A model generated the notes under the pieces. The model ran no database searches. It was not told the DNA's origin and was given only the letters and a program-made list of their open reading frames with translations. From NCBI GenBank assembly GCA_051362555.1, contig CM120647.1, positions 20,684,651 to 20,748,650 on the forward strand: DNA of 64,000 nucleotides, read 5' to 3'. The DNA comes from Lingula anatina (lineage: Eukaryota; Animalia; Brachiopoda). The position numbers were made by a program, and so were the translations under genes. Numbering within the stretch: position 1 is the stretch's first letter; the number at the start of each line of letters is the position of its first letter. Below are positions 13,126 through 24,278 of the stretch, piece after piece.

Positions 13126-13126
<1 letters not shown>

Positions 13127-13986
13127 ACGTGCATGTACATGTATGTGTGAAAGTGACGGAAGGTAACACAAATATAACAAAATAATGATTCATATAAATT
13201 TAGCTCATGAATTTCCCATGTTTGGTATGGCATGCCCACAGTGTGGAAAAGGGGAAACATTATATATTTAGTGCAAAGTAGGATTTCTTTGAACTATTTG
13301 GCTCTTGTAAAACAATCACTTTAAAACCCTTATTGTCCAATGCAAAAAACAACTTAATAGTCTCTCTGATAGAATCTATAAAATCCATTCTTTCAACACC
13401 TTGTAATCAATCTGTCATATTACGGATGCTGTTCCATTGTTCCTTTCATGATTCTTTGAAGTAGTGACAATCAGACACGCCCTTAATGTGTTGGTTAAAC
13501 AAGCCAAGATTATTTTAAGCCTGCAAAATATCCCACTCTGCAGTGTGATCTTGTAATCAAAGCAGACCGTAAATGTCAATAGATTCAGAAAGCTTATATC
13601 CTTTCACTAAGATGAGGACTGATGCATTTAGACTGATCATGACTGGTACTTGAGATTAAAGGTTTTTTGTTTTGTCTCTTTTAAAGAGATTATTTAGCAA
13701 TGATTAACAAATAGATATCATGCTATGTTTTATAGGATAACTGTTAAGTATGTGAGAGGATTTTCCTTTTTTTTCCAGCTGATCTCAATATTGCCTGCTA
13801 TTTCCTCAGAAAAAAAGGAAGTAGTATCAGAGGAAGGAAGGAAAGATGGAATAAATAATACATTGCAACCTTTACATGATTGAGTATTTAAAAAATTAGC
13901 CAATAAAACTTGTTTCTAAATTCAGTACAACTCCTGTGCATTGCTTTGAGGTGAACAGTTTTAATCCTATGTCAATTTGAAAACAG

Positions 13987-14160
13987 GGACTTCATATAGA
14001 ACAGTGGACTAACTGGTCTGAGGGTCAAAAATGGCGACCCGCTACAAAGCTTGCCATCTAATTCGCTAATAGACACTGATTAGATTCCCTGTGAGGAAGT
14101 ATTCAAGTGGGTCGGCCATATTTGAACCTCGGACTAGTTAGTCCACTGTTCTGAATGCTG
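13987..14160. mobile_element. Harbinger-like MITE, family D2
   Basis: Foldback arms AGAACAGTGGACTAACTGGTCTGAGGGTCAAAAATGGCGACCC / GGGTCGGCCATATTTGAACCTCGGACTAGTTAGTCCACTGTTCT; interior (CTACAAAGCTTGC...GCTAATAGACACTGA) matches 43473-43647. Confidence 0.8.
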
Positions 14161-15523
14161 TTAGAATTACCATCTTAAAGGCATAGAACTGCCTCTGACA
14201 TGTCCCAGTGGAGAATATGTCACAGCAGGAGAATATGTCCAAGACTTGCATAATCTGATTATGTACAACAAATAGTGTGCTGTTTACATTGTAACCATTT
14301 GGATCAGTCTCACTCCAAGCAAGGTTCGCTATAATCATGCTCTGGTATGTGTAAGTAAGTATTAAACAGAAGTTTGAAAGCCATCAAATTACCACCTATA
14401 CAAATGGCAATAAAACACCAATACAAGTTTCCTAGCGTGGTCAATGTACCTGTATGATGTATTGCAATCAATATAATATAACCAATTCATAATTATTACT
14501 ATATAATTGTTAGATTTGTTTGTGCTCTGATTGGTACTTTGTGAATGAACCGAAATTACCCACCATGGATCATCTCTATAGGGAGCAAATAGACTGCAGG
14601 ATAATCCCAGTAAATGCAGAATTGGTCTCCTTTGCCTCTGGAGACTTCAACTGTTTTCACCCTAACGATAATGAAGATGGGAAGAGTAATTGTTGTGATT
14701 GTTACTCTGGGCATCTATTGTGAAGGTTGTTTGGTTCAGAAAATTATTTCCTAATGAAACAATTAGGCTGTTAACTTGGAGGTCTACATGCATTGCTGTC
14801 TGAGAGTCAATTTTGCCTCTTGGTGCCTTAAGAGAATAAAAGAAGAAAACTAGAATCATTTTGTTATCTGATAGTCAAATTTGTCTGATATTTTAATAGA
14901 CTGAGTGAAGAAAAAGTGAAATTGATTTAATATTAAGCTGAGTATTCAAAATTGGATCCTGTTTCAGTGTGTGGAGTATTTTGTGCCAATGAAATTGCTA
15001 TTGTCATCTCTAAGCTGAGGCAATGCCAGAAATAACGGTTTAAAAAGTGCCTTAATACGAGTCCTGCTGGTATCTTGTATGTGATAGTCATGTTGGCAAC
15101 CTGAAGTATACTTAATACGAACAGATTTATCCTTAAACTTCCTTAAGTGTTTTCCTGCATGGTCTTTAAGTGCCCGCCAACATACAAAAGTGTTCTGATG
15201 ATTATATATCATTTGCTTATGAAGTAGAATATTAGACGTTATAAGTAGATAAATACATCCAGACTTTTTTTAGATCTTTTTTGTCTATGGGTGTCTAAAA
15301 CTGAAGTCTGTTGACTAAATCATGTAAAAACTTTGTCAGTTGCATTTAAGTATTTGGTGAAGAGAATTGAAGTGATGAACCCAGTCTTGAGGAAGTCATG
15401 TTGATTTGGCTGTAACATTTGGTTAGGCCAGACAAAATTGATCTGTTGGATAATGAGTGGTGACTCTCTGGGGTTTGTTTTTTGTTTTTGTTTTTTGAGT
15501 AGTTATATTTTTAGTGTTGGTAG

Positions 15524-15630
15524 TTTTTATACAGGCACTGCATGTGCCTGTTGATATTTTGATCATTTTGTTGTCACTGTTGCTGTCACTGTTGTTGTCA
15601 AAATATTACTTCCTATAACTGCCAAACCAT
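15524..15630 (+). mobile_element. 5' end of another Helentron-type element (3' end not found)
   Basis: T-run, hairpin ACAGGCAC-TGCAT-GTGCCTGT (15531-15551), then a GTTGTC/GCTGTC low-complexity tract; same layout as at 3505. Confidence 0.45.
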
Positions 15631-17364
15631 ATTATATTATATTATTTCTTGCTTAGCTGAGAAGCTTCTTTTGGTTAAAAAACGTTCCTTGCTTAAAACA
15701 TCATGATTGGTTTCTTAAGTGTTTGTTTGTTTGTTTGTTTGTTATAATACTGTATTTTGGCAACATTTGCCTCATAAGCTCCAAACTTTTTTTTGTCCTT
15801 TGGTGTATGTATATTTGCAAGCTTTGCTGTCTAAATTTTTTATCCAGTTTTATTACAGGGGGATATCACATCCAAAGTGTGGATGATTTGAAACCATGGC
15901 ATTCATTTTTGCCTGGGGTCACTTGTAAATATTTCCCACTTACCCAAATGATTTCCTCAAAATTAGGATTTGTTGTGCTCATTAACCAACTTTAAGATTG
16001 TCCCACCTGAGTTCTTTTTCATTTTTTTTTCATGTGTGTATGGTGGATTAAAAATAGATTGCATCCTAACTGAGCACCTTTTAAGCCAGGTTGCGTGCAT
16101 TTGTTTTCAGCGCAAGACATGTATATACACTTAACCTGATGGTGTTAATTGAACAAAAACAGATCAAGTATCTGATATTGATTTCTTTAATGGGTTGTTT
16201 ACTACAACACAAGTGGAGTTGTGAAGTCCAGCTTACACTTTGGTCTTCAGGCTGATCTACTTTCCATATCACATGCTGACAAGCTGTTATTTGTCTCCAC
16301 GTATCTGCACACATGAGTTTCAATGTGAAGTTGTTAATTGTAGTTTATGACCTCAGACAGGGGGGATCCACAGATATTTTCTGACCGTCTTCCAGAAGAC
16401 CCAGATGACAGCCCCAGTCAGTTGCCAAAAATATATCGAATAAGAGCAACAAACCATGCACAGTTATAGTAATAATACCTGGATTTTAGTGTCAGGGCCT
16501 TCAGGATGTAAGTTCCTTTTTTGGATTGAATTTTGAAATGGTGGGTTTGGGCTGGAGAATTTTTTTATGGGGGGAGGGGGGTATGCCTCGCCTTCTTTTC
16601 TTGATCTGAGAAAGCGGAGTACATTTGGTGCAGTACAATATAATGAATAATGAAAGAGATTTTCTCTCCCTCTCTCAAATATAATATTAAGCTAGAACAA
16701 TCACTGAAATCTCCGTACCATATCTTACAGTGTACTGCACTTTAATTCCTCTCTGCATTGCACCTTAATTTATTTCCACCCATTGAATCCTGTGCTTGCA
16801 CTACTAACACGCAGTTCATAGAATTATTAAATCATATTTCTTTCAAATCAACCCAAATCCTCTGACTAACCACCAGTGGCTTTTCAAGAAAGAAGAAATA
16901 AAAGATTGATTTGCTCAGGAGACTTTAAATAGCAAATCCCACTTTGCTCTCTTACCAGGCAAGGGTTACGTTAGTACGTTACATTCATAATGTTTCTTTT
17001 TTATTTTCATCAGACATCTCAGTGCATGCCTTGTGTGATGTATATCCACTAATACTGTGATTGCTTCAGTGATGTATAGCCAAAGGTGTTTGATATATGG
17101 ACTTCCTCCAGACCTTGAGGATAACAAATCATCCTGAATCACCCTCCACTTTTCCTAAGAGGGGAGAACCTGGCATCAGATTTGTTTCCATGGGTTCGGT
17201 GGCCATTACTCAGTGAGGAAAACTTTGATTCAGAATTACAAATGATGGGAGGATTTGACTTTTCTTTCTAATCATAGCAAAATAGATACACAAAATAACT
17301 TAGCCCAAAATATTGTGTAAACTTTGAGATGGAAAATTGCATTTTCCTCAATTCAGGTATTTAT

Positions 17365-17461
17365 AAGCCTGTAGCCAGGGGTATATCAGGGGGTTCCAAC
17401 GTACCACACTCTTTGCTGGAAAAAGGGCCAAGGTCCACTTTTGAAGAAAAAGAATCTCCCC

Positions 17462-17492
<31 letters not shown>

Positions 17493-17525
17493 ACCACTCC
17501 TTTGAAAAGACTGGCTACAGGCCTA
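17365..17525 (-). mobile_element. Dispersed MITE, family F
   Basis: Inverted ends AGCCTGTAGCCAG / CTGGCTACAGGCCT; AAGGTCCACTTTT is the reverse complement of the family F motif. Confidence 0.7.
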
Positions 17526-18755
17526 TTTATTAACAGGTCTATTATTGTCTAGTAGTAAGCCAAATTTTTAATAACTTATTTCTCCAACCCTTTAAGGCAC
17601 ATTTTTCCCACCTTAAAGTGAGCAAAATCAAAAATTTTATAGTATTGATACTATGACAAACAATACATTGAAAATTAAGAGGAGAAAAATAATTTGATTT
17701 AATGTTAAAGTGTTAAATTGTGTTTGAATAAAGTACCAACCTATGTGTAATGATTTCTGTACATGTCACTGCTTGTACTATAAGTCATTTCTGCATAACT
17801 TCACGATAGCTGCAATTGCAGGAAACCACACTTTTAAAAAAAGCATTCTGTCAATATCTCATGAAAAATAGCATTTATCTCTTTGTCTCTTCTCACCTGG
17901 ATAGCTATAGACTTGTAATGACACAAAGGTGATGCAACTTTATCTTTTTATACCCTTAAGTGGTAGTTTATTATGCAACCCAGTGCACCTGTCACAGTGC
18001 TGTATATAGTGTGCGTGACTGTAGGTGAAAGAAATGGTGTATTACGTTATAAAAGTAGAGATGGATTATGTTGTCACCTGCAGATCTGAATGAGTAAACA
18101 TCACTTGCTCTGTGCCGAACGCTCTTAGAATTGAAGCCCAGCCAGTGAAGTTGTGTGCATTTGTACTCTTACTGTTTTGGGCAAGTTGATTTTTTGACAC
18201 TGGTGACCCTTCTGGTCATGTAGTATGAAATGGTTTTGGCACTAGTAGCACTTTTGTTAAATCTTCTTGCTTACAGTTTCTGTGGTATATTTATTGTACC
18301 ACCAGCATAGGCGCTTGTGATACCCATGGTTTTAGTCCCAACCCATCTCGTGCTTTAAATTTAAACTCAGTATATAGTATATATATAGTTGAATAGAATT
18401 TCAGAATGAATAATGGTAATCATTATTATTATTATTATTATTATTATTTGAACTGAAAAAGATTTACATCATCAAAGCATACCTTCATGTGATATATATA
18501 TATATATAACAGTGCATTATACTAGTATCACATGAGGGTCTGAACTGAAAACCAGGTCATGTTTTTTCATGCAGGCAAGTGTCCTTTCATTTAGTTGCTG
18601 TATTCCATTCTAGAACTTGTTAACGGGAACTCAAATAAAACACCCTGTTGTGTAACTTGATGTAAGGGCCTGTCAAAATCAGCTGATACAGACTATATGG
18701 CTTAGGTATACCACTTAATGTTAAAGCAGCCTAATAATCTGATGATAGTCACTTT

Positions 18756-18970
18756 GACTGGATTCCCACAGATTTAGATCGCTCTATCTGGATCGACCTA
18801 ACTCCCTGGGGGTTCACACTAAATTGCAGTCAGCAGACCGCGCACAAAAGTTAATGACCCCCTTACAGCTTTTAGTAGGCAGGACAAACATTTAAGACAG
18901 CTTATCTGACAGCAATCTAGTGAGACTCCCCATGGGGATAGATTGATCTAAAATCTGTGGGAATGCAGTC
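18756..18970 (-). mobile_element. Harbinger-like MITE, family A
   Basis: Ends GACTGGATTCCCACAG / CTGTGGGAATGCAGTC, TSD TTT; closely similar to copies at 44032, 45143, 47174, 48041. Confidence 0.9.
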
Positions 18971-19185
18971 TTTGTTTGGTTGAGAAGAAAGTAAAGGTTC
19001 TACATGTGTATCAGAAAGTATCTCAATATTTTTAGAACCTTAAGTACCACTTATCCAACCCAGACATCATGCTGCAATGAGGTATACCAGCCCGCTTGGC
19101 GCCAGGTGTCGCTAGTGTGAATTCAGTCCACAGTCGCCATGTTGGATATCATATACGTTGGACTGTGGCACTGGCCTTAATAAAC

Positions 19186-19532
19186 ATGCCTCAGTATTGT
19201 TGTGTACCTGAATGTCAAAGTCTGCAAGGTGGGCATAATTTTCCTGAGGATTCAGGGCTTCGTTTGAAGTGAAGGGTTGCCCATGTCAACACACCTTCCA
19301 TGTTAAAAGGACAGTTACAACTTGACCCAGGCACAGTAATTAGGCCCCTAAAGATAGACGAGTTGCCTCAAAAAGAATACACGTTGAAAGGTTTATTGAT
19401 CTAGGAAAAACTTATAAAGTTTTGGAAAGAGAGCTCCATAGCAAGAAAGTGCCCCTAGGAAGTACGATTTATCAAAGTGCGTTTTCTTCTTATGTCCGTA
19501 ATTTCAGAAGAGTTGTCAGTAAATATACATAA
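19186..19532 (+). pseudogene. ISL2EU transposase relic: THAP N-terminus joined to DDE_Tnp_4 C-terminus
   Basis: MPQYCCVPECQSLQGGHNFPEDSGLRLK*RVA (THAP start, conserved W now TGA at 19270-19272) continues in frame into HVNTPSMLKGQLQLDPGTVI. After a frameshift it reads KDRRVASKRIHVERFIDLGKTYKVLERELHSKKVPLGSTI...NFRRVVSKYT*, the RIHVER motif of Harbinger/ISL2EU DDE transposases. Confidence 0.85.
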
Positions 19533-19640
19533 GTGCCGGTAGTTTTCTACCCGCATAAGTTAGTGTTATTAAGTAATATCCTTTTTTATTGATGTATTGA
19601 GCATGACCGGTAATGTTAATTAAATAATTATTTTAATTTT

Positions 19641-20240
19641 AAAAAATTATTCAGTACATCGTAAGAATCATAAAACTAGGTATAGTTAGATAATTTATTT
19701 GTACATGTATAGATGCAATTTCTCAGCTAATGGAATAATGCATGTTTGGAAATCTTTTTGTAACAGTTTAAGAAATAAAATTTAAAGAAAGAAAACATTT
19801 TATAAATGAACAGTTTTTATTCTTTTTTTACAAAATAGCACTTCTGAATTGTTTTACTTGAGTAGAAACACCATATTATTTCATCGCTCTGAAAATTCAT
19901 TAAAAAGCAGCAAAACCAAATGTTTTATTTAAACAAAATAATTATTCAGTCCATAGTAAAAACCATGAAACCATGTAATACTTAGATAATTTATTTGTGC
20001 TATAACTTTCCTGATTATATAGCTGCAATTTCTCAGCCAATGGATTACTGTAGGTATGGAAAACTTTTTGTAACAGTTTAAGAAATAAAAATTAAAGAAA
20101 GCAAACATTTTACAAATGGACAGTTTTTTTGTTCCTTTTTACAAAAAAGTACTTATGAATTATTTTACTTCAATAGAACCACCACATTATGTCAGCACTT
20201 TGACAATTCTTTTAAAAGCAGAAAAACCAAATTATTTGCT
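19641..20240. repeat. Diverged ~295-bp tandem duplication between the two ISL2EU ORFs
   Basis: Blocks such as AATTATTCAGT, TTAGATAATTTATTTGT, TGCAATTTCTCAGC and CTTTTTGTAACAGTTTAAGAAATAAAA occur twice in the same order. Confidence 0.85.
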
Positions 20241-20364
20241 GTAAATACAACTATCAAATTATTTCATCCCACTAAAATACTTTACAAAATAGCATCATAG
20301 TTTTTTTCTCATTACAGTTAAATATTATTAAAAACAGCATAAACAAATAAGTACTTTTTGTAAA

Positions 20365-20412
<48 letters not shown>

Positions 20413-20429
20413 CACCACCAAATTATTTC

Positions 20430-21470
20430 ATTTTAGTTAAAACATTTTTTTTAAATGGCACTTCAAAATTGTGATTGCAGCTAAAACCATCTCACACATT
20501 CCAAAAGGGGAAATCAGGTCCGGGTCCAACTGTCATGTGTCTGCAATGGTTTTGGACACAACAATGATTCATACAGTTTGTTTATATACTTCTTCTCTGT
20601 AGCTGCAATTATCTCTCCAAATCTTGAGGCAGTGATCCGCCATTGTCTCTCCTTGTGTCAGATTGCGCTCTTTCCTTGTTATAACTTGCTTACTCAGTGT
20701 CCTTCGCTGTTTGTTCCTCAACCTGAAATATTCATATCCCATTAAAGCATAGTAGATGGTTACAGCATTAAATATATACAATTTAGATTAGTTTAGATAC
20801 AATATTATAATTCTATGATGTCACCTATCACCTAGTTTGATAATTCTTTCTCATATTTGGGCCCGATTCTTAATAGTAGACCTCTGTTTCCACTTACATC
20901 ATTCCCTCTATCCATGCTTTATTCTTTTCATGGCACTTGGCAATAGTTGTTGTCCATCACAGCCGCCTGTAAGTCAGCTTTAGGGTAGGCATTACTGGTG
21001 GCTACATCAATCTTTGCCGCTGATGTGAAGTGATAGGTAAGATTCCTGAAGTAATCATTTTATCCTGCTCTTGAAGTTGGCTGTCCTGGGGTCCTGAAAT
21101 CGACAGTTTCAGGCTTTGCCCCCGATATATGGGCCTTCTTTGGGTAACCTTATAAAGAAAATAAATAAGTACATTTACTAAGTATAAAAATCTTTCGTGC
21201 TACTAAAACAAAATATGAGCGTAGGCCTACTCGTACCTACAGTAGTCTACATGTGCATGTACATAACATGTCAGATTTCACACACACACCTCGACTAATT
21301 TTTGATTTTTTCAAGGAAAATAGTTAGCATTCGTGTTTTTCAAGCACTAAATGAAAAGAAAACACATACCTTCCAGTCAATTCACATTTTCATTCAGATG
21401 TTATGGCACCACATTCAAGTAAATTGCGTTTGAGTTGGTTCACTGTCAGCGACGCGTGCACACGCTCCAT
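20430..21470 (-). pseudogene. ISL2EU ORF2 relic: spliced SAP-domain + YqaJ-like exonuclease
   Basis: Exon 21470-21370 MERVHASLTVNQLKRNLLECGAITSE*KCELTGR (SAP-like; donor GTATGT). Exon 21148-20898 ...NDYFRNLTYHFTSAAKIDVATSNAYPKADLQAAVMDNNYCQVP*... (donor GTAAGT). Exon from 20722 includes RQWRITASRFGEIIAATEKKYINKLYESLLCPKPLQT (YqaJ RITAS-FG motif). Multiple stops and frameshifts; lower boundary approximate. Confidence 0.8.
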
Positions 21471-22356
21471 GTTAAACTCTGGTGTAAAGCCGTGAGCGAG
21501 ATTCTGCGAGATTTTAGAAGGACTGCTTTCACCCCCACGCCATCTAGCGGCAGACCCTTAAAGCGGGTATTCCCCATTGAAGTTGATAAGTACTTAAGTC
21601 TGAGTTGTGGTATTTAATGTAACACAGCATTTGAGCAAAATAATTTTGCAATCATATTGTGTACATGCAGCTTAAAAGGTCTCCACTTAATCTGATGCTG
21701 TAGCTTTTATTAAGAATTAATTGATTCACCCTGTGTGAGACTACACACATTCATGTCACATAAATTGGTAACAAACAACCTAAGCTGATAAGTATGAATG
21801 TTTGAAGTTGCAGTACTTAACATATATGTAATGCCGTGTTTTTTTTTTTCTTGATAATACTTCACCGTGGATTGGCACTGAATTAATTTGGAAAAAGGTG
21901 AATTGATGTTTTATTAGATGTAAAGAACTTACCTCATGCTGTATTACTTTCATAAAGGTCGGAGAGACCAAGGAAAGTGTTGTTTTTTTTTATGTCTCAT
22001 TATGTCTCAAAAAATGACTCCTCTTCAGGAGAATTGCAGGTGTAAAGGTTCCTTACGAAATGATACACATGTACATAGTATGTGGTTCAATGAATCCTAG
22101 AATTTCATAATGGATTTTGTCAATTTTTATAGAAAAATATTCTTCTTATTTTTGGGGGAAGTTGGAGTTGAGTTCCCTAATATTGGCAGTACAGGGGTTA
22201 TCTGTATTTTGGGTCTTAACCACTTATTTAAATACTTATTTCAAGGATATTATGTACATTATCATAAATATGTACATTATCATAAATGTTTTATTTTGTA
22301 ACATTTATAAATATTGACATCCAGGACCAAACCAATTATCAAAAATCATTGATTAT

Positions 22357-22414
22357 TATAATTATATTATATTATATTATATTATATTATATTATATTAT
22401 ATTATATTATATTA
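22357..22414. repeat. (ATTAT)n microsatellite
   Basis: Read directly. Confidence 0.9.
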
Positions 22415-24070
22415 TGGCCCAGGGTACCCCGAGTTTTCTGGTGGATGGGAGTGGTCTGAAATAATCTGGAATTAATTCCTAAAAACATCATTGTAGAGAA
22501 CCCCATAAGGTTATATGTTTACATGCCACAATCAGTGAGACCGCAGGGATTGAAACCTTCGACTGTCCCAGTGGGGTGATCAAATTATCTCCAGAAACTT
22601 TCCAACAGAGGTTTCTTTGAAAATGTTAGGTCAAGATCAATTGCTGTCTGAGGGCCAGATAAAAAAACTTCCAGTCTTGGTGTGAAAGAAGCTGTGAATA
22701 TTACAAGCCAGTAGTGAGACTGTGAACAGAAGCTGTTTTGATATGTGATCTAATGTATTGATGGTTTTTGCCATTGAGACTGGGCAATAGTTTTTTTATA
22801 TGGTATGGATAAGTGTCTAGATAGAAGCAGCCAGTAACAGCTCCAGGTTTCCATGGTACACCCTGAGTTGTGAGATATTCTTTGATCCTTACAATCACCA
22901 GTACCAATGAGGGCACCTGCAGTAGTGCTGTGCCACTAAGTTATGATATACGGGGTGCTTTAGTATGGTAAAGAAAGGAATTTGAAAGTTACTGGATTTT
23001 GTTAAAATGAATATTGAAATTAATAAATGAATATATGAAAGAATGAGTAGAAAATTTTAAAAATTGATAAAAGGAACATATGTATAGCATGATGGTTTCT
23101 TTTTCCATATAGCCTTAAGCGTACAGGCAATTGAAACAATGAAAAAAAAAGGAAAAAAAGTACTAATCTTTGGCAATGCTAAAGCATAGATGGACTAAAT
23201 ATTGAAAGAGTCTACCAGAATCATTACAAAGAATTCAGCAAATAGATTTGCTTTCTGAAAATGGTTAGAAAATTATTGACTGACTTTTGAAAGCCATTAG
23301 AAACAGCAGTGCCCTACTGGGACCTGATTATCTGAAAATGACCCAAAAAGGTTCTCAAATGTCAGCAGACCATCAAAAAGTCCAATTGGCTAAATATTCA
23401 GAAAAAAACTAGAAATTAACCAAGTTATGAAAACTTCTCAGCGAAATGGCAGTAACCATCCTGTATAAAGTGAGTTATAGCGGGGAACTGGAAATAAGGA
23501 ACCACTGAAAATGGCAATAGTCCTGAAACCAAATTATTTCAGAATGACCTAAAATGATTTGGTCTGTAAATTATGAGAGCAAAAGAAAAAAAAACTGTAA
23601 TAATCAAATTGGTCAAAGAGCCATAGAAAATGAATAATGCAAGGAAATAGAAAAGTTGATGATTGGCTTTGTGTTGGAGAATCGTATTCCTGGGACAGAA
23701 TCTGAGAATGAATGATGTAAGGAAATTGAAAAGCTGAGGTTAGCTTTGCGCTGTGGGATTACATCATTCATTTGATGAATAATGATGATGATTACAACTG
23801 CTGTAAAAAAAAGAGAAAAACCATTGCTTGCTATAACCTAATGCTGTCATTGTGTACACAATTAAATCATGGTACTGCCTATTAAACAGTGCAGTAAAAG
23901 TCTGTGTGAAGAATGAGTTGAAAAAAAGCAAACAAAAAGATGGAAATTTGAGGTCACATTTTTACATGGAGGCAACATGAGGGTACGGTAAATTACATGG
24001 GGATGACAATTAAAAGTTTAAGGAAATTGTTTGAAAAGTGTGTTTTTCAATTTGTCATTAGCCTGGTAAG

Positions 24071-24278
24071 TAATAGATAGACCCCGAGTCAGCGAAGGTT
24101 ATGTGGCATTCACGAGTACGTAGCACTAGTGGATGTCACATAACCCTCACTGATGAGTGATCTATCTTATTTAGACCACGGGTCCATTAGCAGGTTATAA
24201 CGCATTCATGCGAGACGTGCGGTTATGCAAGTTACACCACGTCTGAGTCTTTTGTTATTCACTTCCACCGTGGTCTAA
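24071..24278. mobile_element. Double-hairpin non-autonomous element (superfamily uncertain, possibly Crypton-derived)
   Basis: ~100-bp imperfect hairpin 24071-24170 with loop GAGTACGTAGCACTA, followed at once by a second IR TTAGACCACGG (24171-24181) / CCGTGGTCTAA (24268-24278); richer in CpG than its flanks. Confidence 0.55.

Larger units (their letters stand above)
19079..21575. mobile_element. Decayed, internally deleted ISL2EU (PIF/Harbinger-related) DNA transposon
   Basis: Short imperfect TIRs GAGGTATAC / GTATTCCCC flanked by AT on both sides; convergent THAP-DDE transposase relic (+) and SAP-YqaJ relic (-). This gene pair plus AT TSD is the established ISL2EU organisation. Confidence 0.85.

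Noticed and set aside
18235-18257. TTTGGCACTAGTAGCACTTTTGT resembling miR-96
   Set aside because: Needs indels to align, and there is no complementary arm for a pre-miRNA hairpin.
20569-20781. 70-aa ORF on - as an independent gene
   Set aside because: It is an off-frame reading across the intron and last exon of the ISL2EU YqaJ relic.
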